This document shows, one piece after another, positions 27,127 to 39,855 of a stretch of DNA of 64,000 nucleotides. The position numbers and the translations under genes are program-made. The notes beneath the pieces were generated by a model that made no database searches, was not told where the DNA came from, and saw only the letters and a program-made list of their open reading frames with translations. Source of the DNA: the human T2T-CHM13v2.0 reference genome, Homo sapiens. Within the stretch, counting starts at the first letter, position 1. Each line of letters starts with the position of its first letter. The stretch is from assembly GCF_009914755.1 (NCBI RefSeq), contig NC_060925.1; one strand, written 5' to 3'.

Positions 27127-29344
27127 GTGCATGGATCTAGTACAGTAAACTTTACTCCTGACTAACATGATCCCAAATTTCCAGCATTCTCAGTGCTTGC
27201 TGCTTTGAGCATGGTATGTGCTAGCCTCTTCCAGTGAGTAATGCAGAGCCTAAAATAAAGCAACAGTAAGTCAGATAGACTGAGAAAATGAACAGAAAGA
27301 AACATACAAGTAAAACCGCCAAAAAATAGCAGTCTTCACATTTTGTACTATTTGGGGAAAAGCAAACCTATGAAGGTGCCTTTTCGGTTAAAGAGGAAGG
27401 TTGTTTTGCAGGGAAGAACAAGAGGATGTATGTGAAAGTGTTTTGAAGAACTCACTGGGTCATACACCTAAGTGTAAGGTATTTATTAGAGGATTAACAT
27501 TGGGAGCTATCACAAGGCAGGGAGAATAGGAGTGGGAGAAAGGGTCTGATTGCTAAGAGGCTAGTTGGAATGAGAGGAAAGCAGTGGAAGGCAGGAGCTT
27601 GAAAGATCCAGAGGAATCACGTGCAGAGGAAGCGGGTCAGTAGATGGTTACGTGTCCTCCTGAAAAATCAGTTTCTACTTATGAAAATACTACCTTGGTC
27701 ACCACACACCCTCAGCTATGTTGCCTAACTCAGAAATCTGGGCGTCACCCTTAACCTCTTCTTTTTCTTCATCCCACTATTCCTGCCAACCTGTTGTCAA
27801 GTGTGGAAGCCCTCTCTCTTAAACACAAGGAAGCTGTATGATGTGTTCACAGACAGTAAGTGCGGTGCCCATTATCTTTTAATTAAGATGAACTAAGAGC
27901 CTTTTAACATGCAAAGCAATGACAGGCAAAAAACTTCTCTGTGAAGATCCCACTGTATCACTGGGCACCATTTACCCAATCAAGGGGAGATGTACTTCTG
28001 GACAAATGAGGCATCAAGACTCAGTTTCTGGATCAATGACAGCACCAGAATGAACTAAAAGGCAGGAATGCCCTTTGTTGGAAGGATTCACTGCCTCCCT
28101 GCATCTCTGAATAGACAGCTGCCTTCCTCAAGACGTGTTCTTTACCCTTGGACTCAATTGCTCCTGGACACCATCATGAAGCCACCGGGCATGGCAAACA
28201 TCACCTGATCCAGCCTCAGACTCAGCTGAGGACGTCCTGAATCTTCACTCACACTGGGGTCCTTTAGGGTGCTTAAAACAAGAAGATAAGGGGATGTCCT
28301 GAAAGAAGAGCTGAGTGACAGAGTGATGTGCATATGAAGCGGCAGGGGTCTGGTGAGTGTGTGTATGTATGCACACATGTGTGTATATGTGTATGCATGT
28401 GCACAGGGGAAAGACAGGTTAAGCTGCGGTTTCACATCTTCTCCAGCTGCCTCCATCTGGAAAACTGGAAGATTCTCCGACTCTAATTCACAGAATTCTC
28501 TTGGGGGTGGATTGATTATAGTACTTAGAGATACTAATGATTTACAGGGACTGGGAGGTCTCCCGATTTGCCTTCAGGCCTTCAATGACCTTTGACAGCT
28601 TTCTGTCTCCATCCATGGTCTGTCAGCCCAGAACCCATCACACCCAGCCAAGCCCAGTGTCATTTCCTGGCTGGAGCAGCTTCCTTAACTTACAGGACTC
28701 TGGACCTTGCCTGCATCTACCAGTCTCCCTTAATTGACCTCTCTGAATTCAGTATCTGCCTACCTTATTGCATATGTCCATTCTAGGGATGTCAATATCA
28801 CATGTCTACTTTCACGTGTAAACCAACATGTGGAACCTGTGGTTAATTGTAAAATGCCACTCAAGGGCATTAAAGATATATACTTTATGAAACGCTGTCT
28901 AGGAGAAAAAAGTGATAACTCAGCAAGCAGTTTGCTTCATACTAGAATCCTTCCAAGTGCCTTTCCCTTTGCAGTTCAAATCTTGTACCTTAAATCACCA
29001 GTGTACTTCCTCCTGGGTCCTCAAACTCTGGATGCCAGCCCTTCCTAGCCAGTCCTGTTCTGAGGTGCTGTATATGCCCACGGAACGATGAATACTTAAC
29101 TTTAAATTTGGAAGTCACCTATTTTTGGCCACCTAAAAGCTCCCATGCAGACATTTACCTGGAATTGTGCAGTTTTCATCTGCCTTTACACGCTTAAGTG
29201 GATCTTAATTTTAGGTGTGAGTGAGGCACTAAATGACTTCATTTGAGACTAGGGGGTCTGGTTTTTAGGAGGGGCTATAAGACTGATGATTCATGATGCA
29301 TTCAACACTCATGGGGTGGGGAGAATGTGGTGTGAAGTAGGCAT

Positions 29345-29520
29345 GAGCTGTGGAATCTGGCCTGGGTCACAATCTGGATTCTGACACAGGGAGCCTTAAT
29401 CTCTCTGAACTTTATGCATGAAGTTGATCATTGTGAAAATTGAGTGAAATAATGCGTATAAACCGCCCGGTACATTATATACATACAACAGGTGCTCAAT
29501 AATGGCAACTTTTGATTATG
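29345..29520 (+). mobile_element. MIR SINE
   Basis: cttaatctctctgaac...ggtgctcaataatggc. Confidence 0.7.
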
Positions 29521-29608
29521 ATTTATGAGCACCCCTCAGATGTAAGGTGTTAGGTGTTGCAACACCTATAAAGATTTATTCCACATTTGGGTGCAACATC
29601 CAGGCTCT

Positions 29609-30044
29609 CTGTCTTTTTTTTTTAAAGAGTGCAAATCCACGTTTATTTATTGACTTTCCCTTAGTTTAAATCCTTGAGGGGTACAACATGACTCGGATTC
29701 TGTGTCCAATAGCCTTAGCAGGAAGATTGCTTTGGAATTTGGCACGTTCTCGGAGTTACCTTTCCCCAGATTACTCTGGTTTTGTTTAGTTTGCCGCCAG
29801 GAGTCACTATGTTGCTCTTTGCTTTGTATACGTAAGTGCATCACTAGTTCAAAGAGAATTCTGTTTAATCTCTGGCATAACCACCTTCGACTTTAAGAAG
29901 AGCTGTGTGCTCCCTTTGGTTCCGGAGACCCCTCTCATAGCCAGTAAAAATGGCCTTGGACCACAGCCTTCCAGACATATTTCCTTTTAGAAGTCCTGTT
30001 CCCTGCAGGCCTCCACAGGAGCCAAGATGGCGGGAAGAGAAAAA
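29609..30044 (-). pseudogene. RPL35AP: Processed pseudogene of ribosomal protein L35a (eL33)
   Basis: [32 protein letters not shown] from ATG at 29978; C-terminal ...MLYPSRI stop at 29666-29668; intronless; premature TAA at 29865-29867; ~20-nt frameshifting deletion; pyrimidine-rich 5' leader, AATAAA, poly(A); TSD caacatccaggctct (29594-29608 / 30045-30059). Pseudogene number unknown. Confidence 0.97.
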
Positions 30045-30070
30045 CAACATCCAGGCTCTTACTTACCATG

Positions 30071-30573
30071 TCAATGCTTCTCAGCCCTGGCTAATTCCAG
30101 AATCACCTGGAGGCTTTTTTTCTAATTACAGACTTCTGATACTACAGTTGTCCCTCGGTATCCTGGGGGAATTGGTTCCAGGACTCCCTCAGATACCAAA
30201 ATCCTCAGATGTTCGAGGTCCTCATATAAGTTGGCTTAGTATTTGCATATAACCTATACACATTCTCCTATATACTTTAAATCATCTCCAGACGACTTAT
30301 AATACCTAATACTATGTAAATGCTATAAACAGTTGTTATACTATACTTTTTAAATTTTCTGTTATTTTTTGTTTTATTGTGATTTTCCTTGTTTTCAAAA
30401 TTTTTTCATTCAAAGTCAGTTGAATCTGTGCATGTAAAGCCCAGGAATATGGAGGATAGACTATACTTTAAAAAAATTCTGATTTAGCAATTTGGGGTGG
30501 GACCTGGGAATCTGTATTTTGTAAAAGATGTGGGAATGACTCTAATGATCAAGCAGAGGTTGGAAAGAGCTGA
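30071..30573. mobile_element. MER5-family element split by MER2
   Basis: cagaatcacctggagg upstream; ggggtgggacctgggaatctgtatttt downstream. Confidence 0.75.
30145..30463. mobile_element. MER2 (TcMar-Tigger)
   Basis: cagttgtccctcggtatcc...tttgcatataacctatacac; TA at both ends. Confidence 0.9.
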
Positions 30574-31737
30574 TTTAGAGCCAAGTGTATCTGGCCACTA
30601 AATCAGTAATTCTTAAGGGCATGGTAATAACAAAGTTGCTGGTGCAGTGGTTGATGAAGATTTTCTTCCCAAATAAACACATTAAGCATCCCCCTTCAGC
30701 CAACCAGGGTATAGTAGGACCGGAGAGGAGGATGTGTATATATTTTTTTAAAGTTTATAGGTAGTTTTGCTATATCTCCTCTTCTCCATTTCTATTGGAA
30801 ACCCTTCTACGGGACAGTCTTGGAGCTCAAACCCCAGTGGGATGTCAGCATTCATATTCTCTGGCACCATCCTTGTGCCTTGTGACTGTGATTTTATAAT
30901 TCCACATTCATAACTTGAATTCAATTTAAGACAATGCCAAAAGGACCTCCCAGAAAGCAATATGATGTTGGGAGAAGAAGCCACTCAGGGCAGATTTGCC
31001 CCAGAAACTGATTCATGAGATGTTGCAAGTCAATGACAATCAGAACTAGGGGATAAAAGGCACTGGTCATTTTGCAATTCCCAGCACTAAAACAAATACC
31101 TAGTTGTTGATTAGTTTTCAAGTCCTGGAGATAAGTTGCCTCCAAAGAATGAGAAGTTAGGCAAGTGGGTAATTTCATGTTGAAATATAGGAGTAAAGGA
31201 TGCAGAGTGTCCCTTGAGAGTACCCAGCTGCAAGATAATAACCCCAAGGGGCAGAAGGCAGGTGCAGCCTCTCCACCAAGTGACAGACCAGCTGGGAGGT
31301 GCATCCACTTACTTTTCACAGCAGCTATCCTGGATCTGAGAGGCTTGGAAGCTGGAAATAGGTGCTAGCCAGAGGTGTGTTTACTGGAGGTTGGCGGGGG
31401 CAGAGGAGAAGAAAACAGGGAGATTGAAGACAAGTGTGCATCCTGATTTGAGAAATTAGCAAAGACTGCAGATCTTCAGGAACCTGGACAGTCTAAACAT
31501 GGGAGATGACTACAGAAGCAATATTTATATGAAAAGATGCTCCATGAGAATGTCAGCCCCATGACAGCAAGAGCTTTATCTTGTTCAGGCCGTCAATTCT
31601 TAACCAAAATGATGCATCTTGTTCAAGTCAGATATAAAAAATAAAACACATTGCTTCTGTATTATCAGGGAAGAAAAAGCAAAGGGGGAAAAGCCACTAT
31701 TTAACAGATACCTGTTCTGTATCTGATATTTTAATAC

Positions 31738-31904
31738 CTTGGTTCTCAAACTTTGTTGCACATTTCAATCACCTGGAAAGATTTTAAAACTCTCAATGCC
31801 CTATACCAGTTAATCCACAATAACTGGGGGTGAGAGCCAAGCATCGGCATTTTCTAGAAGATCCTCTGGTGATTCCAATTTGCAGCAAAGCATGAAAACG
31901 ACTG
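31738..31904. mobile_element. MER5A1-like
   Basis: ggttctcaaactttgttgcacatttcaatcacctgg...ggtgattccaatttgcagcaaag. Confidence 0.8.
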
Positions 31905-32109
31905 GCTTCACACATTATTCTTTTAATCTAAAAAATAATCCTGTGAGACAGGCCTCATAAAGTTAGCCCTGTTTTACATATGAAGAAGGATGATAAAAGG
32001 ATAATCACTTGTCCAAGATCAACCAACAATCAAGAGCCTAACTTTGGTTAGCTTTAAAATGTAAGTACAACACTTATCCAGTGGCTATACTCTTTTCATA
32101 GCATATACA

Positions 32110-32831
<722 letters not shown>

Positions 32832-33779
32832 CGCAGTAGTTTGGTATCCTACTTACCATTCAGTAGATAACCCATCATTATCCTTCATTGATAGGAAGCA
32901 TATTCATCACCTAAGAGTAAATGTCAGTTTTTGTGAGATGTCCTCCAACTCACTGAAGAAAGAACAAGAAGCCATAAACTAAAATCTCTAGTATAATGAA
33001 TTGAGGCTTAGATACTAGAATGTATTTCCTGAACAAGATTGTTCAGCATTTTTAAACAAAAAACATCTAGAAATTTTTTCTACCTCTGCTTCTTTAAGGA
33101 ACAAGTGAAATTTCAGATGAAATCTGAATCACACTTTTGTGAACCAAGATATTCCGGGAAGGATGGCAGATCAGAACTTAAGGAGCACTTTCTCCCATGC
33201 AGGCTGTTCTGAGGTTGATGAAGCACTACTACTGATGCTCAGAGAGAAACATGCCTCGCTGGTCTAATTCTGTGTGGCACGGGCACTTTGCTGGTCCAAT
33301 TCTATGTGGCACGGGCACTTTTCAGGGCATTCAGCATTTACCGAACCTCCGCTTACACTTTATCCAAGATGGAGGACAATTTCTAACTCTTCATTTACTT
33401 CTATTTTTATTCAAAGATAAGACCCTCACAGCAGAAAGGAATTACAGCCTAAATTAGCTGTGGAAGTGGTAGGAAAAGACCTCAGCTCTTTGCAGGAGTC
33501 CTAGTGCCTAGGTGCAGATGAAAGGACTTTGTTCTCATCTTGTTAGTAAATAGACAGCTTTCAGACAGGACTAAAGAGCCGAGATCTTTGAGAAACCATA
33601 TCAAATATGAGACAAGAAAAGTAAAAGCCTATGAAAGTTATCAAGAAAGAGAAAATGATTAAAACTGGAAACTACATACTAATAAAATAGATGTGTATTA
33701 TTTAGGAAAATTCTCAAATAGAAAATTAACAAATAATGAGTATTTATAAAAGAAATGAGTAATCTCAAGGATTAGCACA

Positions 33780-34260
33780 GATTTACTTTGAACAATTTAT
33801 ACAACCCTAATGCATGTCCTTATTTTGCTATGATTATTAGACTGACATATCAGGAAAATGCCACATGTCTATTTCAGCAAGACATTTGACAGTATTTTAA
33901 ATGGTATCCTTATGAACAAGATAAAGAAGTGTGAGCTGGCTGGAAATTCAGTTATATGAATTTATTGGAAAACTCATAAAAATTCACATTTTAGACTGAT
34001 ATTAACAATGGGAAAATTTTAAAATAATAATTATCTTAATTATTTTTAATAATTATCATATTAATGATAACAAATATTTATCTACTGACAGTGTTTTACA
34101 TGTACTTTCACTTTTTAAAAAAACTCATGGTCATTAAGTCTCATTGGTAAACTTAATGCAGTCTTGTTAAATATTTTTGGCAATTATTTGGTGAATATCA
34201 TACAAACAGTTTGGAGTGTCAGAAAACTGGGGGACAACACTATGTTGGATTATTTAAAAC
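33780..34260 (+). mobile_element. L3/CR1 reverse transcriptase remnant
   Basis: ttcagcaagacatttgac (FSKxFD motif); gtcttgttaaatatttttggcaattatttgg (LFNIFxNDL-like). Confidence 0.55.
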
Positions 34261-35564
34261 AGAGATATTGGAAAAAATTCAAGTGATTTTCAAACTTTGC
34301 TGATAGCATCAGAATCTTTTCCTTTAGAACATTTTTGAAAGACAGATAGTTGTTAGCATATAAAAGGAAAGTTCTCTGGACTCTAGAAGCATCAAATGAG
34401 TCTCACTCAGGAGCAATGTCTGTATTAAAGGCCTCATACATGGTAACTTGAATGTGAACATAACACAAGGAAGCTTGCAGAAATCAACTCCTGCCCTCAA
34501 GGAACAGATGACCTAGAACTAATAACAAAGACAGACAGGAAGGTATGATGAGATAAAGACACCCTAATAGACAACCAAGCACACAGCCACAGCCAGACCC
34601 GTGAAAAAGAGTGATGGATTACAGTGAGTGCAGGTGGCTGGTTCAGATGCACAGATGGGGGTAGGAGGAGAGAGGGCTCAATCTGTGTGCATGTTCACGT
34701 ATGAATTTTCTCCCATATGTGCACTGGGGGAAAGCAGAAGGAATATGAAAGTTTTTGTCAGCAACTGGAAGGACAGCCTCTCCTTCATAAAGAGGAGAGA
34801 CAAATAGTTTGTCATACTGCCTGGCTACTTCCTCAAGCAGTTACCAGAGAGTACTCTCCCTGGATAAAGCTTGTCCCTTGGGGTGCAAATGCCTTGCCTT
34901 TTCCTCTTGCACTCACATGCAGGAAGGGGAGGTAGAATCTGCCTTGAGTTCACCCCTCCATTGACCCCAGTCCTGGAGCTTCCCCACAGACCTGGACAAT
35001 GCTGAAAGCCAAAGGTCACAGGAGTAGAGAAGCAGCAGACAGGTGAGGAACTCCAGGGAGATGAGTCCTTGCCCCAATGTACTAGAGGTAGGGCTGCTAC
35101 TGTTTAATTCGTACCTGGATGGGATGAAAAGGATCAGCCACCCAGTGGAAAGGGGCAGGTGTTCGAAGCCACCTTGTGATTTAATATGCTGTCTATGGGG
35201 TTTCTCCCAAAGTAGATGGGAAAGTCTTCAAAGACAGGAAGATGTTGTCTGCCCACTCAATCTGTCCCTAACTCCCCGCAAAGGCTCCTAAAACATATGG
35301 AGCTACTCTAGAACAGTGTGTCTCAGGGTGCTGTGGCTTTTCAATCACCTAATTTAGCTGCCTTTGACACTTGATAAATACAAAGTCCTAGAACCTGTCA
35401 CATAACTGCTAAATCAGAACCCCTGGAAGAGAGTTCAGAACCTGAATATTTTAGATGCTTCACAGATGATAGAGATAAACACAAGAGTTTGTGACGCTTC
35501 ACAGATGATGCAGATAAACACAAGAGTTTGTGAACCAGCGTCCCAGAGGACTTAAAAATCTCAG

Positions 35565-35810
35565 CTGTATAATGCTGGATTCTGAGCCAGACAGCCTGAG
35601 TTTTAAATCTCTGCTTCTTGCTCACTGTAAGACCTTGGGCAAGTTACCAAACCTTTCTACACCTTGATTTCCCCATCTGTAAAATGGGGATAATAATAAT
35701 CTCTACCTCAAAGAGTTGTGAGGATTAAATGAATATACAAAACACACATGTAAAGCACTTAGAACACTGACCAACACACAGTAAACCGTCAGAAGTGTAA
35801 GCAGTTATTA
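35565..35810 (+). mobile_element. MIR SINE
   Basis: gaccttgggcaagttacc...catctgtaaaatggggataataataa...gtgaggattaaatga. Confidence 0.92.
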
Positions 35811-35995
35811 TCTGATCCTGCTCAGTGTATGGAGTAGGAAGTAGAAGTGCAATTCGAGAAGCAATGCACAGCCAGTTGAAGACTCCATGACAATTAAAAG
35901 CCAGGTCTTTGTACTTTCCTGACAGGGCACTTTCTGTTTTTGTTTCTTCCCTTCAGGGCACTTTCTGCTTTTGTTTCTTCCCTTCTATCTCTCTC

Positions 35996-36295
35996 TTTTT
36001 TTTTTTTTTTTTTTGAGACTGAGTCTCGCTCTGTTACCCAAGCTGGAGTGCAGTGGGTGATCTCGCCTCACTGCAACCTCCACCTCCTGGATTCAAGCGA
36101 TTCCCCTGCCTCAGCCTCCTGAGTAGCTGGGACTATAGGAGTGCACCACCACAGCCGGCTAATTTTTGTACTTTTAGTAGAGACAGGGTTTCACCATGTT
36201 GGCCAGGCTGGTCTTGAACTCCTGATCTCAGGTGATCTGCCCGCCTCGACCTCCCAAAGTGTTGGGATTACAGGCGTGAGCCACCGCGCCCGGCC
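35996..36295 (-). mobile_element. AluSx-like
   Basis: Reverse dimer. Confidence 0.94.
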
Positions 36296-38039
36296 TCTTC
36301 CCTTTTCTCTTCAAGGGGATTCCAAAGTTTGGTGCTCAATCACTAAGAATGATCCAAATGTGCTTTTTATAAACAGTTCCATAGGGAAAACAAAGAAAGG
36401 CTAAATACCATTTGGAGAACCAGTTCCGAGTGCTGCCAGCGTATGTTTGGTCAGAACCCAGGCGAGAAGTCATGATCAGAGAGTACAGCAATGAAAGACT
36501 CCATGGGAGAATCTTGGCCATCTCTTTTATGGGCCAGGAAACCATGCCCCTGAGAGTTGTAGTGATTGATGTGCATATGATCCAAGATTATGACTTTAAT
36601 GCACAACTCCTGACTCCCAGTCCAGTGCTCTTGCCCTTTCCCGACCCTAGGAAATGAGATGCCATGTGCTTTGGAGCCACCGAGTCTGAGCCTCCTGGAT
36701 GGGACATTTTGCAGACTCCTCCACGCCCAGATCTTTTGGCCTGCCTTCTGACAATCCCTCCACCAGCCGACAGCCATCTGCATACAGCAGTGACAGCTGA
36801 GGTTAGAAGGCATTGCTAAGGAGGACTTGGAATAAACCAATTCAAAAGTGCTCAGATTTTAATAGAAAAGGCCTTCAGGGATTCTTCTAAATCATGCAGA
36901 GCAAAGCAGTTCTTCAAGTGACCCCAGCCTTGTCCTTTTTATAACTTCCTCCAAATGAGGGGTGGTTGGGGACTCATACAGGAACAGCTCCTTATTCCTG
37001 GCAACAAGTTTCAGTGATACTGGGTGTCTCTGTGACCAGCTGTCCTTTAAGGGTTCTCAGCAATAGTCTTGGTTCCAGCCTAAGGATTCCCATGAGGCCC
37101 CTCTTCTCTTCAGCGCTGTGTCTACTCTTCAGCCAATAAAGGTCAGCCCTCTTTCACCCACTGCTTCCTCACATCCCCTCTTACTGTAGGTAGGGTTCAG
37201 GGTCCACATTTCTGGCCAGCATTCAGAGGAGAAAAGAGGATTGGCATGAGCAGGCAGGAGAGAGAGAGCCTGGTGCCTGGAAACGACTCAGCATCTTGCC
37301 CTTGTTACTAATAATCCTCCCAAAATCACCGAATGGTTTCTGGGCATTAAAGTTATCGTTTGCCATAAACCCCTTGTCTGTTTTCTGGAGAGTTTAATAT
37401 ATTGCAGGAAGTTTCACCCATAAAAGGTGATGGCTGCGCTCCTGTGAGTGAGCTGGACGCCTGTAACTTATGACCTTCATAAATGTGAGTGGGTCTCGCG
37501 AGCAAGTCCATCAGTCTTTGGAGTAATTCTGCTTCGTAGTAAAATATTTTACTGTGCATACTCCTGTCAGCATTTACCTCAGTGGTGTGGAGACTTCCCG
37601 TTCCTGCTGCCTCTTGCTCCCTACTCTTGCACCATTTTCAGTGATCTCAGTCTCAGACTCCAGTCTGAGACACACAGAATCATCTGCTTTTTTAGGGCTG
37701 CAGCCCAGCTCAATCCAGGGACTTGTGGGACTTGGAAAGCAGCAGAATCAATGTAGCATTATTTATCACTGTGACATTTTGGGTACTTTTCTTTGCTTGC
37801 AGAACTTGAAGGAGTAAGCCAAGAAAGCCATCACTTTAACCAGGGAGGGTCCTTCATTATCAAATGGGACTGTGCTTGAAGACGATTCGCAAGCTGTAGA
37901 GTCTTCTAGAAGCGGGAGACTTTTTGTCACTCTGATGAAGCATGGCAGTTAACATTCTGCTTCATAGTCCCAGAGACCTAAATAGGGTTTATCAGAGTCA
38001 CAGGCTTAACACCGGCCCAGAAAATAACCAAACGCTTTT

Positions 38040-38250
38040 TATGCAGCGTGGATCAGTAGCGAGAACACTCCTGTTAACAAGCTCAAGTTTCAGCTCCGCC
38101 ACCTGCTTGCCAGGTGATGTTGGGCAAATTACTCATTTCCCCTATGCCTCAGTTTCCAAAGGTATAAAATACTATGCCATCTCCATCTCAGTGTTGACAT
38201 GAAAAGCAGATTAAATACTTCATAACAGCAAAAACTGTCATAATTGCCAT
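38040..38250 (+). mobile_element. MIR SINE
   Basis: ttgggcaaattactc...tgcctcagtttcc. Confidence 0.75.
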
Positions 38251-38549
38251 GTGGTAATGTTGTCACAGTAAGGAATAATGGAGGGGTAAAGGCTTAGAGG
38301 AAATGAAGCCAAGTGGAAAATGAGAGCACTAATAAAAAGGATTCAAGAGAAAAAGAAGCAGTTGAATAGAATAAGTGGAATATCTGGCTTTTGAAATCAG
38401 GTGTCACTGCTGTTACGAGGATGGGCAGTGCTGGGAGCTGTGAGTTGGTGACCATACTAGAGGGGGCTGGCTTTGTGAGGCTCGGGGGATGGTTCATCTG
38501 CCTGGTAACCTGCTACTTCCAGAAACTGTCCATGGCCTGGTCTCAGGAC

Positions 38550-38680
38550 AATTCAGTTCATTTCCAATTCAACAAATATTAGTTGAATGCCTATTGTGCC
38601 AGGCACTACTGTAGATTTTTGAGATTCATCAGTGAATAGAACAAAAATCTCTGCCCTTGAGGAGCTTACAATCTAGAGAA
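38550..38680 (-). mobile_element. L2 3' end
   Basis: ttcaacaaatattagttgaatgcctattgtgccaggcact...ctgcccttgaggagcttacaatctag. Confidence 0.85.
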
Positions 38681-39679
38681 GGAAGTTGTCTGCTGCATAT
38701 CCACACCAGATAACCAGTTCCTCAAACACAGAATGGTACGTAGAGTAGCAGAGGCCCTACCTTCCCATTGGTTCTCCTGTCCCTCAAGTGGACACTAGGG
38801 GACGTTGATAAAAACTGATGCTGTGGGATATTGAATAGAGAGCTCCTCAGACTCTATGGGGCTCTGCAAGTCCATCCTTCCTCCTTCCCTCCCTCCTTCT
38901 CTTTCTTCCCTTCTTTCTTCCCTCCACTGGGTACATCATTTTCATATTACAGGTGGAAACAAGTTCATTCCATCAGTCACTAGTGTAGCTGAATTTAGAA
39001 TATGCCTTCAAATCTGCTTCTGAAAAATATTTGACAAATTTCTAGGAACACTTACAGTGAGAGCAGAGAGACAGACAAGGCAACAGGATGGAGCAGAGGA
39101 AACTTGATAAATAGAAGAAGCAGGAGATTGTTCCCCAGGAAAAATCAACGTCCCATGGCATTTTAAAGACTTTCAGAACTGCCCAACAGTTATAATCTAG
39201 GGGTTACCTCTTGCCTCAATTTGAGAAGCCTGGTTACTGCGAAGACAATCATATATTCTTTAATCTATAACTTGTTTGAGTAATTAGCTTATGTTGGTTA
39301 GTTATTGCTATGTAATGACCAGATTCTCAGTGTTGTGCAACAGTGAGCACTGATTTAGCTCACATGTCCTCAAGCTACCCTGGGAGTTGACTGCTATGGT
39401 CTGGGCTTCACTGGGCATCTCTAAGCCTGTGGTTCTGAGGCTTCATTCTTCTCCCTACTCTCTCTGCTCTCACTCTAGTAATTAGAAGCTATTTTAAATG
39501 TTCTTCAGAAGCAAGTTTGAAACTGAATTTTAAATTCAGCCACACCAGTCATTGATAGGATAAAATTGTACCTATTAGTCTGTTTTAGAACACAAATGAC
39601 CTGTGATAGAAGATTGATATACACACTGGAAGGGAGGGAGGAAGAATGGAAGGAAAGAAAGAAGGAAGGAAGGGAGTAA

Positions 39680-39855
39680 TTTCCAAAAATAACTGGACTA
39701 GCAGCATCAGCAACACATGGAAACTTATTTAAAATGCAAACCATCCAGACCTCCCCCAGACCGACTGTATCAGGGTCTCTTGGACTGGGTCCCAGCAATC
39801 TGTGTTTTAGTGAGCTTTCCTGGTCATTCTGATATTAACATTTGAGAACCACTGC
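39680..39855. mobile_element. MER5A within an old MLT1-type LTR remnant (about 39290-40060)
   Basis: agcagcatcagcaacacatggaaacttatttaaaatgcaaa...cccagcaatctgtgtttta...tttgagaaccactg. Confidence 0.85.

Noticed and set aside
25555-28818. Three CACGTG E-boxes (25555, 27618, 28813)
   Set aside because: Spread over 3 kb and not distinguishable from chance without data.
33258-35984. Repeats of 31-39 bp resembling CRISPR repeat lengths
   Set aside because: Two adjacent copies each, no spacers, no cas genes, eukaryotic context.
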